From positions 1-48,453 of the IMG/VR virus record IMGVR_UViG_3300028588_000033: DNA of 48,453 nucleotides; one strand, written 5' to 3'. Below, piece by piece: positions 28,448 to 36,354 of this stretch. The position numbers and the translations under genes were made by a program. The notes beneath the pieces are model-generated. The model worked only from the letters and a program-made list of their open reading frames with translations. It was not told the origin of the DNA and did no database searches. Every line of letters starts with the position of its first letter. Within the stretch, counting starts at the first letter, position 1. Source of the stretch: a virus. Taxonomy: Duplodnaviria; Caudoviricetes.

Positions 28448-28857
28448 AAGCGATCCCCTGGCCAATCAAAGGCCCCAATGGTGATATTGTTGGTGTGGTA
28501 GAAGCTGTTGAGTCACGCCAAGACGGTATGTACGTTACCGGAACTATCACAGACCCCGACTTCGCTAAGGATATGAGTTTGGGTAGTGATAACTACAGCC
28601 TATTAATTAAACCCCAACTGGAGGTACCTATGCGTTTCAAGACTATCTGGACGATTGGCGCTATGACCTTTGCGGAGCGACTCCGTCGTACCCGTGACTG
28701 GGCTGCTGCAAAAATCGGCTACGCACTCCCGGTGCGAATTAAGTACTGGGTAACGATGCAGATGATCGGTAAAGCCGTCAGGGATAGCCCCAACATCCCG
28801 GCAACATCCCTGGATGATATTCTTCGCAAGCTCCCTGCTCCGAAGAACCTCTCGTAA
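28444..28857 (+). CDS. Hypothetical protein
   Basis: ATGA overlap with upstream gene. Confidence 0.6.
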   Translation: MKAIPWPIKGPNGDIVGVVEAVESRQDGMYVTGTITDPDFAKDMSLGSDNYSLLIKPQLEVPMRFKTIWTIGAMTFAERLRRTRDWAAAKIGYALPVRIKYWVTMQMIGKAVRDSPNIPATSLDDILRKLPAPKNLS

Positions 28858-28879
28858 CACCCAACAAGGAGATAAACTG

Positions 28880-29968
28880 ATGAAACAGCACGTCATGCTG
28901 ATTGTGGGAGCGGTGGCCCTTATCCTGGGGTTCTCTGCTTCTCCCGCAATGGCAACCACGCAGGACACGGTTCTGCCCGCCAACGGAGTTACGGCTCTGT
29001 CATATTCCGAGGGAGTCTGGACGATCGACCTGGCCTCCGCGGATGCTTCCGAAGTCAAGCTCATCACGCCCTCTCAGGAGATCGCGTGTAGTGAGCACGA
29101 GGGACAGCCCAAGAACGGCCACGCTCTGTGTGACGCTACGTCATATTCCTTCAAGACCGATGCCAAGTGCGTCATGGTGCAGGTCGACTGGACGGACAAC
29201 AAGTACAACTCTTCCGACCCGACGAAGTGTCGGACTGAGGAAGAACCCCCGGTCGTCACTGAGCCTCCGTTTGAGGTCAAGGAGGTTTGCGCCACGTACA
29301 CGGTAGACAACTTCCCTGAAAACGCCTCAGATTGGCCCCAGACGCGTGTCAGCACCGACTGTGACTACGTTCCTGTGGTGAAGTGTGAAGAGGTCATTCG
29401 TATTCAGTTCGACAAGTACTGGATTCGTGATGCAGAGGACCAGGCCAAGTACGACGCCCTCGTGAAGCTGAACAGCTCTGCTGATGACGCCTCTCTCGAG
29501 CCGCACGACTACTACCTCAAGACGATCACTGGTGAGAAGTGCGAGCCTGTGGTTCCGGAAAAGCCTGCAAACATCCCGTGGGCTGACAGCTCGGCAAACC
29601 TGCCGGACTGCGACAAAGGCTTCGTCACTGACACGGTGCGCGAGGGATATTACGATCACACTCTGATCAACAATGTCTGGGTGAAGAACGAGCAGCCGAC
29701 CGTGACCAAGGACGAGACGAAGACCCGTGCAGTAACGGCGGAGGAGTGCCCTGTCAAGGAAACCCCCAAGCCCACACCTACACCTTCTACTCCGGTCGTG
29801 GTGGACGAGTCTGACACCTCTGAGCCCTCTGCTAACCGCAGTGGCGACAACGGTGACCTGGCTGTGACTGGTGCGGAGAACCTTCCGGTTATTCTGGTCG
29901 TGGGCTCTGGTGCACTCCTCATGGGTATCCTGGCGCTGATCTTCGGGCGTCGTTTCGCTCGTAAGTAG
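28880..29968 (+). CDS. Secreted Cys-rich cell-wall-anchored protein (LAxTG sortase signal)
   Basis: Signal peptide ..SASPAMA; PTPTP linker; LAVTG + TM + RRFARK. Confidence 0.8.
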   Translation: MKQHVMLIVGAVALILGFSASPAMATTQDTVLPANGVTALSYSEGVWTIDLASADASEVKLITPSQEIACSEHEGQPKNGHALCDATSYSFKTDAKCVMVQVDWTDNKYNSSDPTKCRTEEEPPVVTEPPFEVKEVCATYTVDNFPENASDWPQTRVSTDCDYVPVVKCEEVIRIQFDKYWIRDAEDQAKYDALVKLNSSADDASLEPHDYYLKTITGEKCEPVVPEKPANIPWADSSANLPDCDKGFVTDTVREGYYDHTLINNVWVKNEQPTVTKDETKTRAVTAEECPVKETPKPTPTPSTPVVVDESDTSEPSANRSGDNGDLAVTGAENLPVILVVGSGALLMGILALIFGRRFARK

Positions 29969-30073
29969 TCGCCTTACACCTTAATACTGGATATTTATCC
30001 AGCGGTTTGGTCTCCGTGGAACGACCACTACACTGAATTAACACGTATCTAACACGTAAACAGGAGATATTTA

Positions 30074-30670
30074 ATGGTCGACAAGATCAAGCTTCCCAAG
30101 CCCGCGGTGTTCACGGACGCCAAGATCATGTTCCGGAACTTCGAGGGCAAGGAAGCGCTGTATAACAACAAGGGGAACCGCAACTTCCTCCTTTTCCTGG
30201 AGCCTGAGATCGCGGCCCAGATGGCCAAGGACGGCTGGAACGTCAAGAACATGCGTCTCCGTGATGAGGACGCTGCAGCTGGTCTCACTGAGGGTCAGGC
30301 ATTCCTCAAGGTCAAGGTTTACCCCGAGGGTCCTTTCCCTCCCACGTGTGTCCTGGTGACCGGTAAGGGTAAGACTACACTCCCTCCTGAGCAGTACAAC
30401 ATTCTCGACTGGGTTCAGATTGAGAATGTTGACCTCATCATCACGCCGGGTCGCTACGAGATGAACGGTAAGCAGGGTGTCTCCACTTACCTCAAGCAGC
30501 TGTTCCTGACCATGGTCGAGAGCGAGCTGGACATCAAGTACCAGGATATGGAAGACCTGGGTAGCGCAAAGCAGGCGGTCATGGTTAACGCCGAGCCGAA
30601 CGAAGCTTACATGGGTGATGAGCCGTACCAGGGCGACGAGCCTTACACGGGTGGTCCGACCTTCCGATGA
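30074..30670 (+). CDS. Putative single-stranded DNA-binding protein
   Basis: IMFRNF.G..YN.KGNRNF, DGWNVK, VDLII, acidic tail; near polymerase. Confidence 0.7.
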   Translation: MVDKIKLPKPAVFTDAKIMFRNFEGKEALYNNKGNRNFLLFLEPEIAAQMAKDGWNVKNMRLRDEDAAAGLTEGQAFLKVKVYPEGPFPPTCVLVTGKGKTTLPPEQYNILDWVQIENVDLIITPGRYEMNGKQGVSTYLKQLFLTMVESELDIKYQDMEDLGSAKQAVMVNAEPNEAYMGDEPYQGDEPYTGGPTFR

Positions 30671-30915
30671 TGGATCAGGCGTGGTCCTATATCCTCACGA
30701 TTGTGGGGCTCTCGGGCTTCTTCCTGGCTGGCAGGCGGGTTTGGTGGTCATGGTACATCAATCTCGCCTGCCAGGTTCTCTGGTTTACATACGCCATCGT
30801 TACCCAGCAGTGGGGCTTCATATTCGCTGCGGTTGCGTATTCGTTTGTGTTCACCAAGAACGCTATATCCTGGACAAAGGAACACCGAGCTAAGAAGCGA
30901 GAAGAGCTTGCTTGA
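30667..30915 (+). CDS. PnuC-like small membrane protein
   Basis: Three TM segments with W..W pattern. Confidence 0.6.
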   Translation: MMDQAWSYILTIVGLSGFFLAGRRVWWSWYINLACQVLWFTYAIVTQQWGFIFAAVAYSFVFTKNAISWTKEHRAKKREELA

Positions 30916-31162
30916 GATATTCATGGCAGTCGTCAGTTTTGGTTTCCTGGGGTTCTTCTCGATCGTCCTGGGGCTAGCCGTCTTGCTGGCTATGGGCTTA
31001 CTGTACGGCTTCATTGCCCTACCCGCCTATATTACACGCAAGATGGAACAAGCTCGCGATGAGTGATAGTGATTCGGGTGGGCTGGTGTTCCTGGTCATG
31101 CTGGGCATCTCCACCATCTGGCTTATTGTTGAATTACTCAAGTTAGTATTTGAAGAAAGGAA

Positions 31163-31435
31163 ATGATGAAACTGGAGGAACTGCCAGTAAACACCTTTGT
31201 GATGTCAAAGGTAAAGGGTCTATTCACTAAAGATGTCATTGATGATCGTTTTGTTTGGATGGAAGTATACGGTCATTGTAGCGATTGCTGCGAAACTGTT
31301 TCTGAGGAAGGCGAAAACCATCCGGTTCGTGCGCCTTATATTCAGGGCATTGATGTCCCCGACAAAGCCGCCGATTATCTTGGTGAATTCACTATCGTGG
31401 CAGTTCCTCCGGGTTTTGTTGTGAGAGAGGACTAA
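31163..31435 (+). CDS. Hypothetical protein
   Basis: GAAAGGA RBS; HCSDCC. Confidence 0.65.
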   Translation: MMKLEELPVNTFVMSKVKGLFTKDVIDDRFVWMEVYGHCSDCCETVSEEGENHPVRAPYIQGIDVPDKAADYLGEFTIVAVPPGFVVRED

Positions 31436-31719
31436 TGGCACTCGATATCGGCGTCTATCGCCCAAATGAAATCCTGGTCGAGGCGGTCCAGGTATCTAAG
31501 GTCAACACCGGTAAGGTGGCTGACTGGTGTGGAGGATACGCTCTTCGCACCAATGGGGGTACCGGTGACGCTTATGTCATGGTACCCCTGCCCACTCATG
31601 AGCACGTTGAGGCATTTCCCGAGATGATGATCGTACGTGACCGAGAGAAGGAAACGTACACGGTATATCCTCTCGAGGAGTTTGAACGCCTTTACTGGCG
31701 CATCAACGAAGAGCAGTAG
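31435..31719 (+). CDS. Tandem paralogue family member 1
   Basis: YRP..VEAVQV..VADWCGG..EEFERLY. Confidence 0.75.
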   Translation: MALDIGVYRPNEILVEAVQVSKVNTGKVADWCGGYALRTNGGTGDAYVMVPLPTHEHVEAFPEMMIVRDREKETYTVYPLEEFERLYWRINEEQ

Positions 31720-31734
31720 AAAGGAGATAGATCG

Positions 31735-32046
31735 ATGGTAACAGTTTTTCAGCAGCCGCGGAGCGTAGAGTATCGTCCGCTTAAGTTCGAAGCAGTCCAG
31801 GTGAAGGATATTGCCAACAACTTCAATGAACTCAAGGAAACCAACATCGAATGGGTTCGTGGGGCTATTGAAAAGGGCATTATTCTCTATGTTCGTGAAG
31901 GCGATGCCACATATCTGGTAGTACGAGGACCCGCCGCTGGTGATCAGGTCTCCGTTGGCGATTGGTTGATCCATAGTCCTCGAACTGGTCACATCCACGT
32001 CTTTGATGACGAATCATATCGTGCAATGTTCCGGGAGGACAACTAA
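31735..32046 (+). CDS. Tandem paralogue family member 2
   Basis: YRP..FEAVQV..VGDWLI..ESYRAMF. Confidence 0.75.
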   Translation: MVTVFQQPRSVEYRPLKFEAVQVKDIANNFNELKETNIEWVRGAIEKGIILYVREGDATYLVVRGPAAGDQVSVGDWLIHSPRTGHIHVFDDESYRAMFREDN

Positions 32047-32354
32047 TGCGGGTCAAGCAGCTGCGTTCCAAGCCGGTGGAGGCTGAGGCAGTCAAGGTTA
32101 TCTGGGACGACAACGATCTCCTGGCTCTCGAAGCATATCCGGACTGGATCACGATGGCCATCCAGAAGGGCATTGTCCAGTCCCACATGGTGCGTAACAA
32201 GTACCGATGCTTCATCATCAGAAATCCCGACGACAAGGCAACCGCCTCTGTTGCGGAACCCGGGGAGTGGATCATCAAGGACTCCGACGGATATTACGAG
32301 GGCATGAATGAAGTAGACATGTTCCAAAAGTACGAGGAGATCAATAATGGCTGA
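32046..32354 (+). CDS. Tandem paralogue family member 3
   Basis: RSKPVEAEAVKV..PGEWIIK..MFQKYE. Confidence 0.75.
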   Translation: MRVKQLRSKPVEAEAVKVIWDDNDLLALEAYPDWITMAIQKGIVQSHMVRNKYRCFIIRNPDDKATASVAEPGEWIIKDSDGYYEGMNEVDMFQKYEEINNG

Positions 32355-32649
32355 AGTCTATACCGAGTTCGTTCGGGATATTCTGCCTTTCCAGGCGGTT
32401 AAGGTCACTAAGAAGAACCTCGCTTCTGTCGCACTCTGGTGCGGTGGTACAGTCGTTAAAGAGGACGTTCCGAGTAAGCCCGATGCCAAGAAGAAGGTCT
32501 ATATTCGGCTTGAACGATACCACTATGAGGCAGGTATTGGTGATTGGGTATTCCATGATCCTAACCCTGGCGAAGGTGAGAATCGTCGTGGGCCATGGTG
32601 GACCGTCTATAATGACGAGCAGATGAAGCGATACAAGGAGAAGAATTGA
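32347..32649 (+). CDS. Tandem paralogue family member 4
   Basis: FQAVKVT..VALWCGG..IGDWVF. Confidence 0.75.
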   Translation: MAEVYTEFVRDILPFQAVKVTKKNLASVALWCGGTVVKEDVPSKPDAKKKVYIRLERYHYEAGIGDWVFHDPNPGEGENRRGPWWTVYNDEQMKRYKEKN

Positions 32650-33005
32650 CCAACGAAAAGCTTGAGTTCATCCAGGTCCACCGACGGCCTGCCGTGTCGA
32701 TTCCCGCTCACCGGTTCCTTGGTGGCGAGATGGCAGCTATTCCGATCATGGAGTGGGCTCGCAAGCGCGGCGCATCGGCCAACTGGACGCAGGAGATTGG
32801 TGGCATCACCAAGTTCAACAACATCAAGGAAGCCTTCGAGTTCACCGGTTCGCCTGAGCGCATCCGCATCGTGACGGATATGGGTAGCTGGGATCTCCAG
32901 GTGGGTGACTGGATCTACGTTACCGAGGACGGGGATATTACCTGCGCTCGTGACGAGGTCTTCCAGTCGCAGTTCCAGAAGGTGTCGGATAATGAGCGCG
33001 TTTGA
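32646..33005 (+). CDS. Tandem paralogue family member 5
   Basis: RRP..IPAHRF..VGDWIY..VFQSQF. Confidence 0.7.
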   Translation: MTNEKLEFIQVHRRPAVSIPAHRFLGGEMAAIPIMEWARKRGASANWTQEIGGITKFNNIKEAFEFTGSPERIRIVTDMGSWDLQVGDWIYVTEDGDITCARDEVFQSQFQKVSDNERV

Positions 33006-33297
33006 ACCTCAGACCTATATTCCCACGATCGAAGAGGTTCAGGCTATTCGTTTCTCCGACCCGGAGGAGCAGATCGCTTTCAAGGATCTCGAAGAGCGTG
33101 CACGAGCAGTAGCTCGATGGGTTCTCGATCATGATGGAGAAATGCATCTCTTCGGTATCGATACGATGTCTTTCACCATGGGCGACACCATTTACCAGCT
33201 TGATGTTGGTGATTGGCTCGTCAAAACCAAGCAGGGGTTTGAAGTTGTGAATCATGAAGACTTCTCGCGCCTCTATATTCGAAAGGAGAAGTTTTGA
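32992..33297 (+). CDS. Tandem paralogue family member 6
   Basis: YIP..VQAIRF..VARW..VGDWLVK..DFSRLY. Confidence 0.75.
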   Translation: MSAFEPQTYIPTIEEVQAIRFSDPEEQIAFKDLEERARAVARWVLDHDGEMHLFGIDTMSFTMGDTIYQLDVGDWLVKTKQGFEVVNHEDFSRLYIRKEKF

Positions 33298-33623
33298 CTG
33301 TCCCCGTAGCACGAACGTTCGTTCCTGACGAGCAGCAGATTGAAGCAATGCGGTGGCCTCGAAAGACAAAGGAAACGAATCTCGAGGACTACCAAGAAGA
33401 GGTTCGTCATATCATCCAATGGATTAAGTCCAAGGGTGGGAATGTTGTTCCGTATGAAAACGTAGACGGTTCTGAAGCGATCGAGGCCATTGGTATTCTT
33501 GACGAGTTTGATCGAGAAATCAGTCCATACTCCAGTGAATGGATCTGCTACAAGCAGTCTCGAGGTTTCTTCATTCTTCGGAACGGCGAGATCACCGAGA
33601 GATACCGAGAGGTCAAGCCATGA
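33294..33623 (+). CDS. Tandem paralogue family member 7
   Basis: FVP..IEAMRW..IIQW..SEWICY..ERY. Confidence 0.7.
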   Translation: MTVPVARTFVPDEQQIEAMRWPRKTKETNLEDYQEEVRHIIQWIKSKGGNVVPYENVDGSEAIEAIGILDEFDREISPYSSEWICYKQSRGFFILRNGEITERYREVKP

Positions 33624-34087
33624 GTATCCAAGTAGGCACATATCGTCCCAAGGGTAACGAAAACCTGCTGGCCGTCCAGGTAACCCACGAGAATGCCGAA
33701 GAGGTAGCTATCTGGTGTGGTGGTCGGGCGGTCATGAACGATGATCCGGCAGACACCTATGTCCTTATTCCAACTATCGGTCAGGGTCAGCAGGCCATGG
33801 TCGGGGAATATGTGACGCAGGAGATCGATTCCAAGGAATACATTGCTCGTAGTGAGGCCTACATGGCTAAGAACTATGAGGAATATGGTCACCGGCTCCC
33901 GCATAACGCGCGGAAGGTCGACCCCCGGTTTGGCGAGGGGCTAGCTGTACGAGGCTCTGAACCAAAGGCTACCTTTGACGAGGTAGTTCTGCCAGAAGAC
34001 GCGCCTGATGATATTCCCGAGAGTCGTCCCGAAATGACGCACCGACGCGGTATTCACCCGAGCCTTTTTGGTAAGCCGAGGCTCTAG
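33620..34087 (+). CDS. Tandem paralogue family member 8
   Basis: YRP..LAVQVT..VAIWCGG..VGEYV..KNYE. Confidence 0.75.
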   Translation: MSIQVGTYRPKGNENLLAVQVTHENAEEVAIWCGGRAVMNDDPADTYVLIPTIGQGQQAMVGEYVTQEIDSKEYIARSEAYMAKNYEEYGHRLPHNARKVDPRFGEGLAVRGSEPKATFDEVVLPEDAPDDIPESRPEMTHRRGIHPSLFGKPRL

Positions 34088-34224
34088 TGGATATTCATGA
34101 ATCTCACGAGGTTCTGAGCATTCAAATTGGCCTGCGGGCCTGCAAGAACTGTATGGCATGTGTTTGTCATATGGAGTACGTCCTGGCTGCACCTTGCAGC
34201 TATATTTAACAAGGAGATAAACTG

Positions 34225-34536
34225 ATGGGTTTCAAGACTAAGAAGTACAGCTCTAACCAGATCGGTAACGGTCCCCTCGCAGAGGTCCGCGCGGTCAAGG
34301 TGACCGAGAAGAACTACCGCGATGTCGCAGAGTGGGTTGGCGGCGAGGCTGCTTCGTCCCACGACAAGAAGACCAAGGATGTCTTCGACCACCGAGTTCG
34401 CGTCAAGACCCCCAAGGGTATTCGTGCAGCTCGTGTTGGCGACTTCGTCTACAAGGCCGCGGATGACACGTTCTATGTTGGCAAGGACGAGTTCCTCAAC
34501 ATCTACACGCTGGTACCGCCGGTCAAGCGCAAGTAA
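34225..34536 (+). CDS. Tandem paralogue family member 9
   Basis: VRAVKVT..VAEWVGG..VGDFVYK..EFLNIY. Confidence 0.8.
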   Translation: MGFKTKKYSSNQIGNGPLAEVRAVKVTEKNYRDVAEWVGGEAASSHDKKTKDVFDHRVRVKTPKGIRAARVGDFVYKAADDTFYVGKDEFLNIYTLVPPVKRK

Positions 34537-34542
34537 CTAGTG

Positions 34543-34570
34543 GGGGTCTAGGGTTCATATTCTAGACCCC
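34543..34570. terminator. Stem-loop after paralogue array
   Basis: GGGGTCTAG/CTAGACCCC, loop contains CATATT. Confidence 0.55.
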
Positions 34571-34576
34571 TTCCAT

Positions 34577-34649
34577 GCGACTATAGCCCAATGGCAGAGG
34601 CGATTGACTTAAAATCAACAAAGTGTGGGTTCGAGTCCCACTAGTCGTA
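34577..34649 (+). tRNA. tRNA-Leu(TAA)
   Basis: GCGACTA/TAGTCGT acceptor; anticodon loop CT-TAA-AA; GGTTCGAGTCC T arm; short variable region; no encoded CCA. Confidence 0.88.
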
Positions 34650-34655
34650 CTACAC

Positions 34656-34698
34656 TCGCAAGAATTACACGCCTTATAATGACACCCACTTGAAAGGA
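34656..34698 (+). promoter_or_regulatory. Repeated element copy 13
   Basis: TCGCAAGAATTACACGCCTTATAATGACACCCACTTGAAAGGA. Confidence 0.85.
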
Positions 34699-34704
34699 AT
34701 CCCC

Positions 34705-34854
34705 ATGGACTCCAGTAAAGCAGTATTCACCCTCGAGGTAAACCTGGACCCGGTTCCCGGAGCAATGCACACAGTACGCGACGCTCAGTACCAGATCCAG
34801 AACATCCTCGATCGTGCCATCGGCCACTACGAACCACTCATCCTCACCAAGTAG
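34705..34854 (+). CDS. 49-aa protein (isolated cassette; not in ORF track)
   Basis: MDSSKAVFTLEVNLDPVPGAMHT..LILTK between repeat and terminator. Confidence 0.75.
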   Translation: MDSSKAVFTLEVNLDPVPGAMHTVRDAQYQIQNILDRAIGHYEPLILTK

Positions 34855-34859
34855 TATCC

Positions 34860-34894
34860 AAACTAATGCACCCTCACACGGTGTTTTAGTTTTT
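34860..34894 (+). terminator. Terminator, loop CTCACAC
   Basis: AAACTAA.GCACC-CTCACAC-GGTGT.TTAGTTT. Confidence 0.8.
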
Positions 34895-35190
34895 GAACGT
34901 CCGATCATGGTGATGACGTTTTAAAAGCACCCATATTGCGACCTGAGTAAATTGGTCATTAAACTACTCCATTACATCGACGGTGTGTGATGCGGCTCGC
35001 GTGCGTGCGAGCTAGCGATGCCCCTGAAGCATCCAGATTTGCCATAGGAGAATACTAGTAAAACTCCTTAGCCGTTATTTTTAACAACTATGAAGAAGCG
35101 TAGTATCTTGCCACATAATCCGGGTACTTATAGATAGGCCGGTGCTTCATAACCGTAGGGAGACGTGGAATGTCTCGAGTCGGTACATAC

Positions 35191-35265
35191 GCCCCTATAG
35201 CTCAGCGGTAGAGCTGCGGACTTTTAATCCGTAGACCCTTGGTTCGAATCCAAGTGGGGGCACCA
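35191..35265 (+). tRNA. tRNA-Lys(TTT)
   Basis: GCCCCTA/TGGGGGC acceptor, loop CT-TTT-AA, GGTTCGAATCC, encoded CCA. Confidence 0.93.
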
Positions 35266-35478
35266 GCTGGTCCTTAATCGGATTGGCTAGGCTTACACAC
35301 GCGTGTAAGAGTTCGTGGACGCCCAAATGTCGTGACGATCGCTTGAGGGACCTGGTTATTATCAGCAAGCTCAAGCAACCCGCAATATTGATTGAACCTC
35401 GTATCGATTCAGTGCACTGGGTCACGAATGGTTCTGAGCGGGATATTCGGAGTACAATTAAACAATCCCTCCGGGGTG

Positions 35479-35550
35479 GCGCATGTAAACTCAGGTGGTA
35501 GAGTTGGAGGCCTGTGCCTCCGGTCGCCGGTTCAAGTCCGGTCATGCGTG
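35479..35550 (+). tRNA. tRNA-like element with non-canonical anticodon arm
   Basis: GCGCATG/CATGCGT acceptor, ACTC/GAGT D stem with TGGTA, GGTTCAAGTCC T arm; anticodon arm GGAGGC-CTGT-GCCTCC. Confidence 0.65.
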
Positions 35551-35587
35551 CTGATATTCAACTATATTCTCTTGAAAGGAGAACCTT

Positions 35588-35746
35588 GTGGATACTTTTT
35601 GGGAAGCCTTAAAAAACGAATCGTACGCAGACTATGTTGAACGTTTTAAGAAACAAGGACACAGTCAGCAAAAAATTGATAGTTGGTGGGATGTGGCATA
35701 TTATGATCGACGAGCTAAAATGACACTTCCTCTGACAAACCCTTAA
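35588..35746 (+). CDS. 52-aa hypothetical protein
   Basis: GTG after CTCTTGAAAGGAGA. Confidence 0.55.
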   Translation: MDTFWEALKNESYADYVERFKKQGHSQQKIDSWWDVAYYDRRAKMTLPLTNP

Positions 35747-35771
35747 ACTTTTCTCTTGAAAGGAGATACCG

Positions 35772-36329
35772 ATGGAAAAAATCCCAACCGCACTTGTACG
35801 AGACCCCGAAAACCGAGCAAAAGTACTTCTTGAAGTAACCCCTGGATGTGAGTGGGTCTTCGCCGGGGAGGGTGTTCCAACCCGCAAGTGGGACGGAACC
35901 TGTGTTATGCTTGATACACAAGGTTCCTGGTGGGCACGACGTGAAGTAAAGGCAGGAAAGCTTAACCCGCCCTCATTTGTTCCAGTTACGTTCGACGAGG
36001 TTACTGGAAAGAAACAGGGTTGGGAACCGATCGAGCAATCGCCCTTCGCCAAGTTCCATACCGAAGCTTTGTCCGTTAAACCCACATCTTTTGAGCCCGG
36101 TACGTATGAGCTTATTGGTCCTAAGATCAACGGCAACCCTGATCATTTTGGAGTGCATTACCTTCTTAAGCATTCTGAAGCTCCCGTACTTACGGATCTC
36201 GAAAAACCTTTAAATCCGCTAGACGTTTGCGCTTTGCTGAAGATTCTGTGTACTCTGGATAGCATGGAAGGTGTCGTTTGGCATCACCCTGACGGTCGGA
36301 TGGCTAAGCTCAAAGCAAAAGACCTGTAA
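35772..36329 (+). CDS. RNA ligase-like nucleotidyltransferase
   Basis: KWDGT (KxDG), TYELIGP, EGVVW, MAKLK motifs. Confidence 0.75.
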   Translation: MEKIPTALVRDPENRAKVLLEVTPGCEWVFAGEGVPTRKWDGTCVMLDTQGSWWARREVKAGKLNPPSFVPVTFDEVTGKKQGWEPIEQSPFAKFHTEALSVKPTSFEPGTYELIGPKINGNPDHFGVHYLLKHSEAPVLTDLEKPLNPLDVCALLKILCTLDSMEGVVWHHPDGRMAKLKAKDL

Positions 36330-36354
36330 CATATTCTCTTGAAAGGGGAAACCG

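Noticed and set aside
30598-30651. Short EPY/EAY-x-GD peptide repeat at SSB C-terminus
   Set aside because: Ordinary low-complexity acidic tail.
34896-35060. tmRNA suggested by pseudoknot-like element
   Set aside because: No Ala acceptor/T-arm ends and no tag reading frame recognised.
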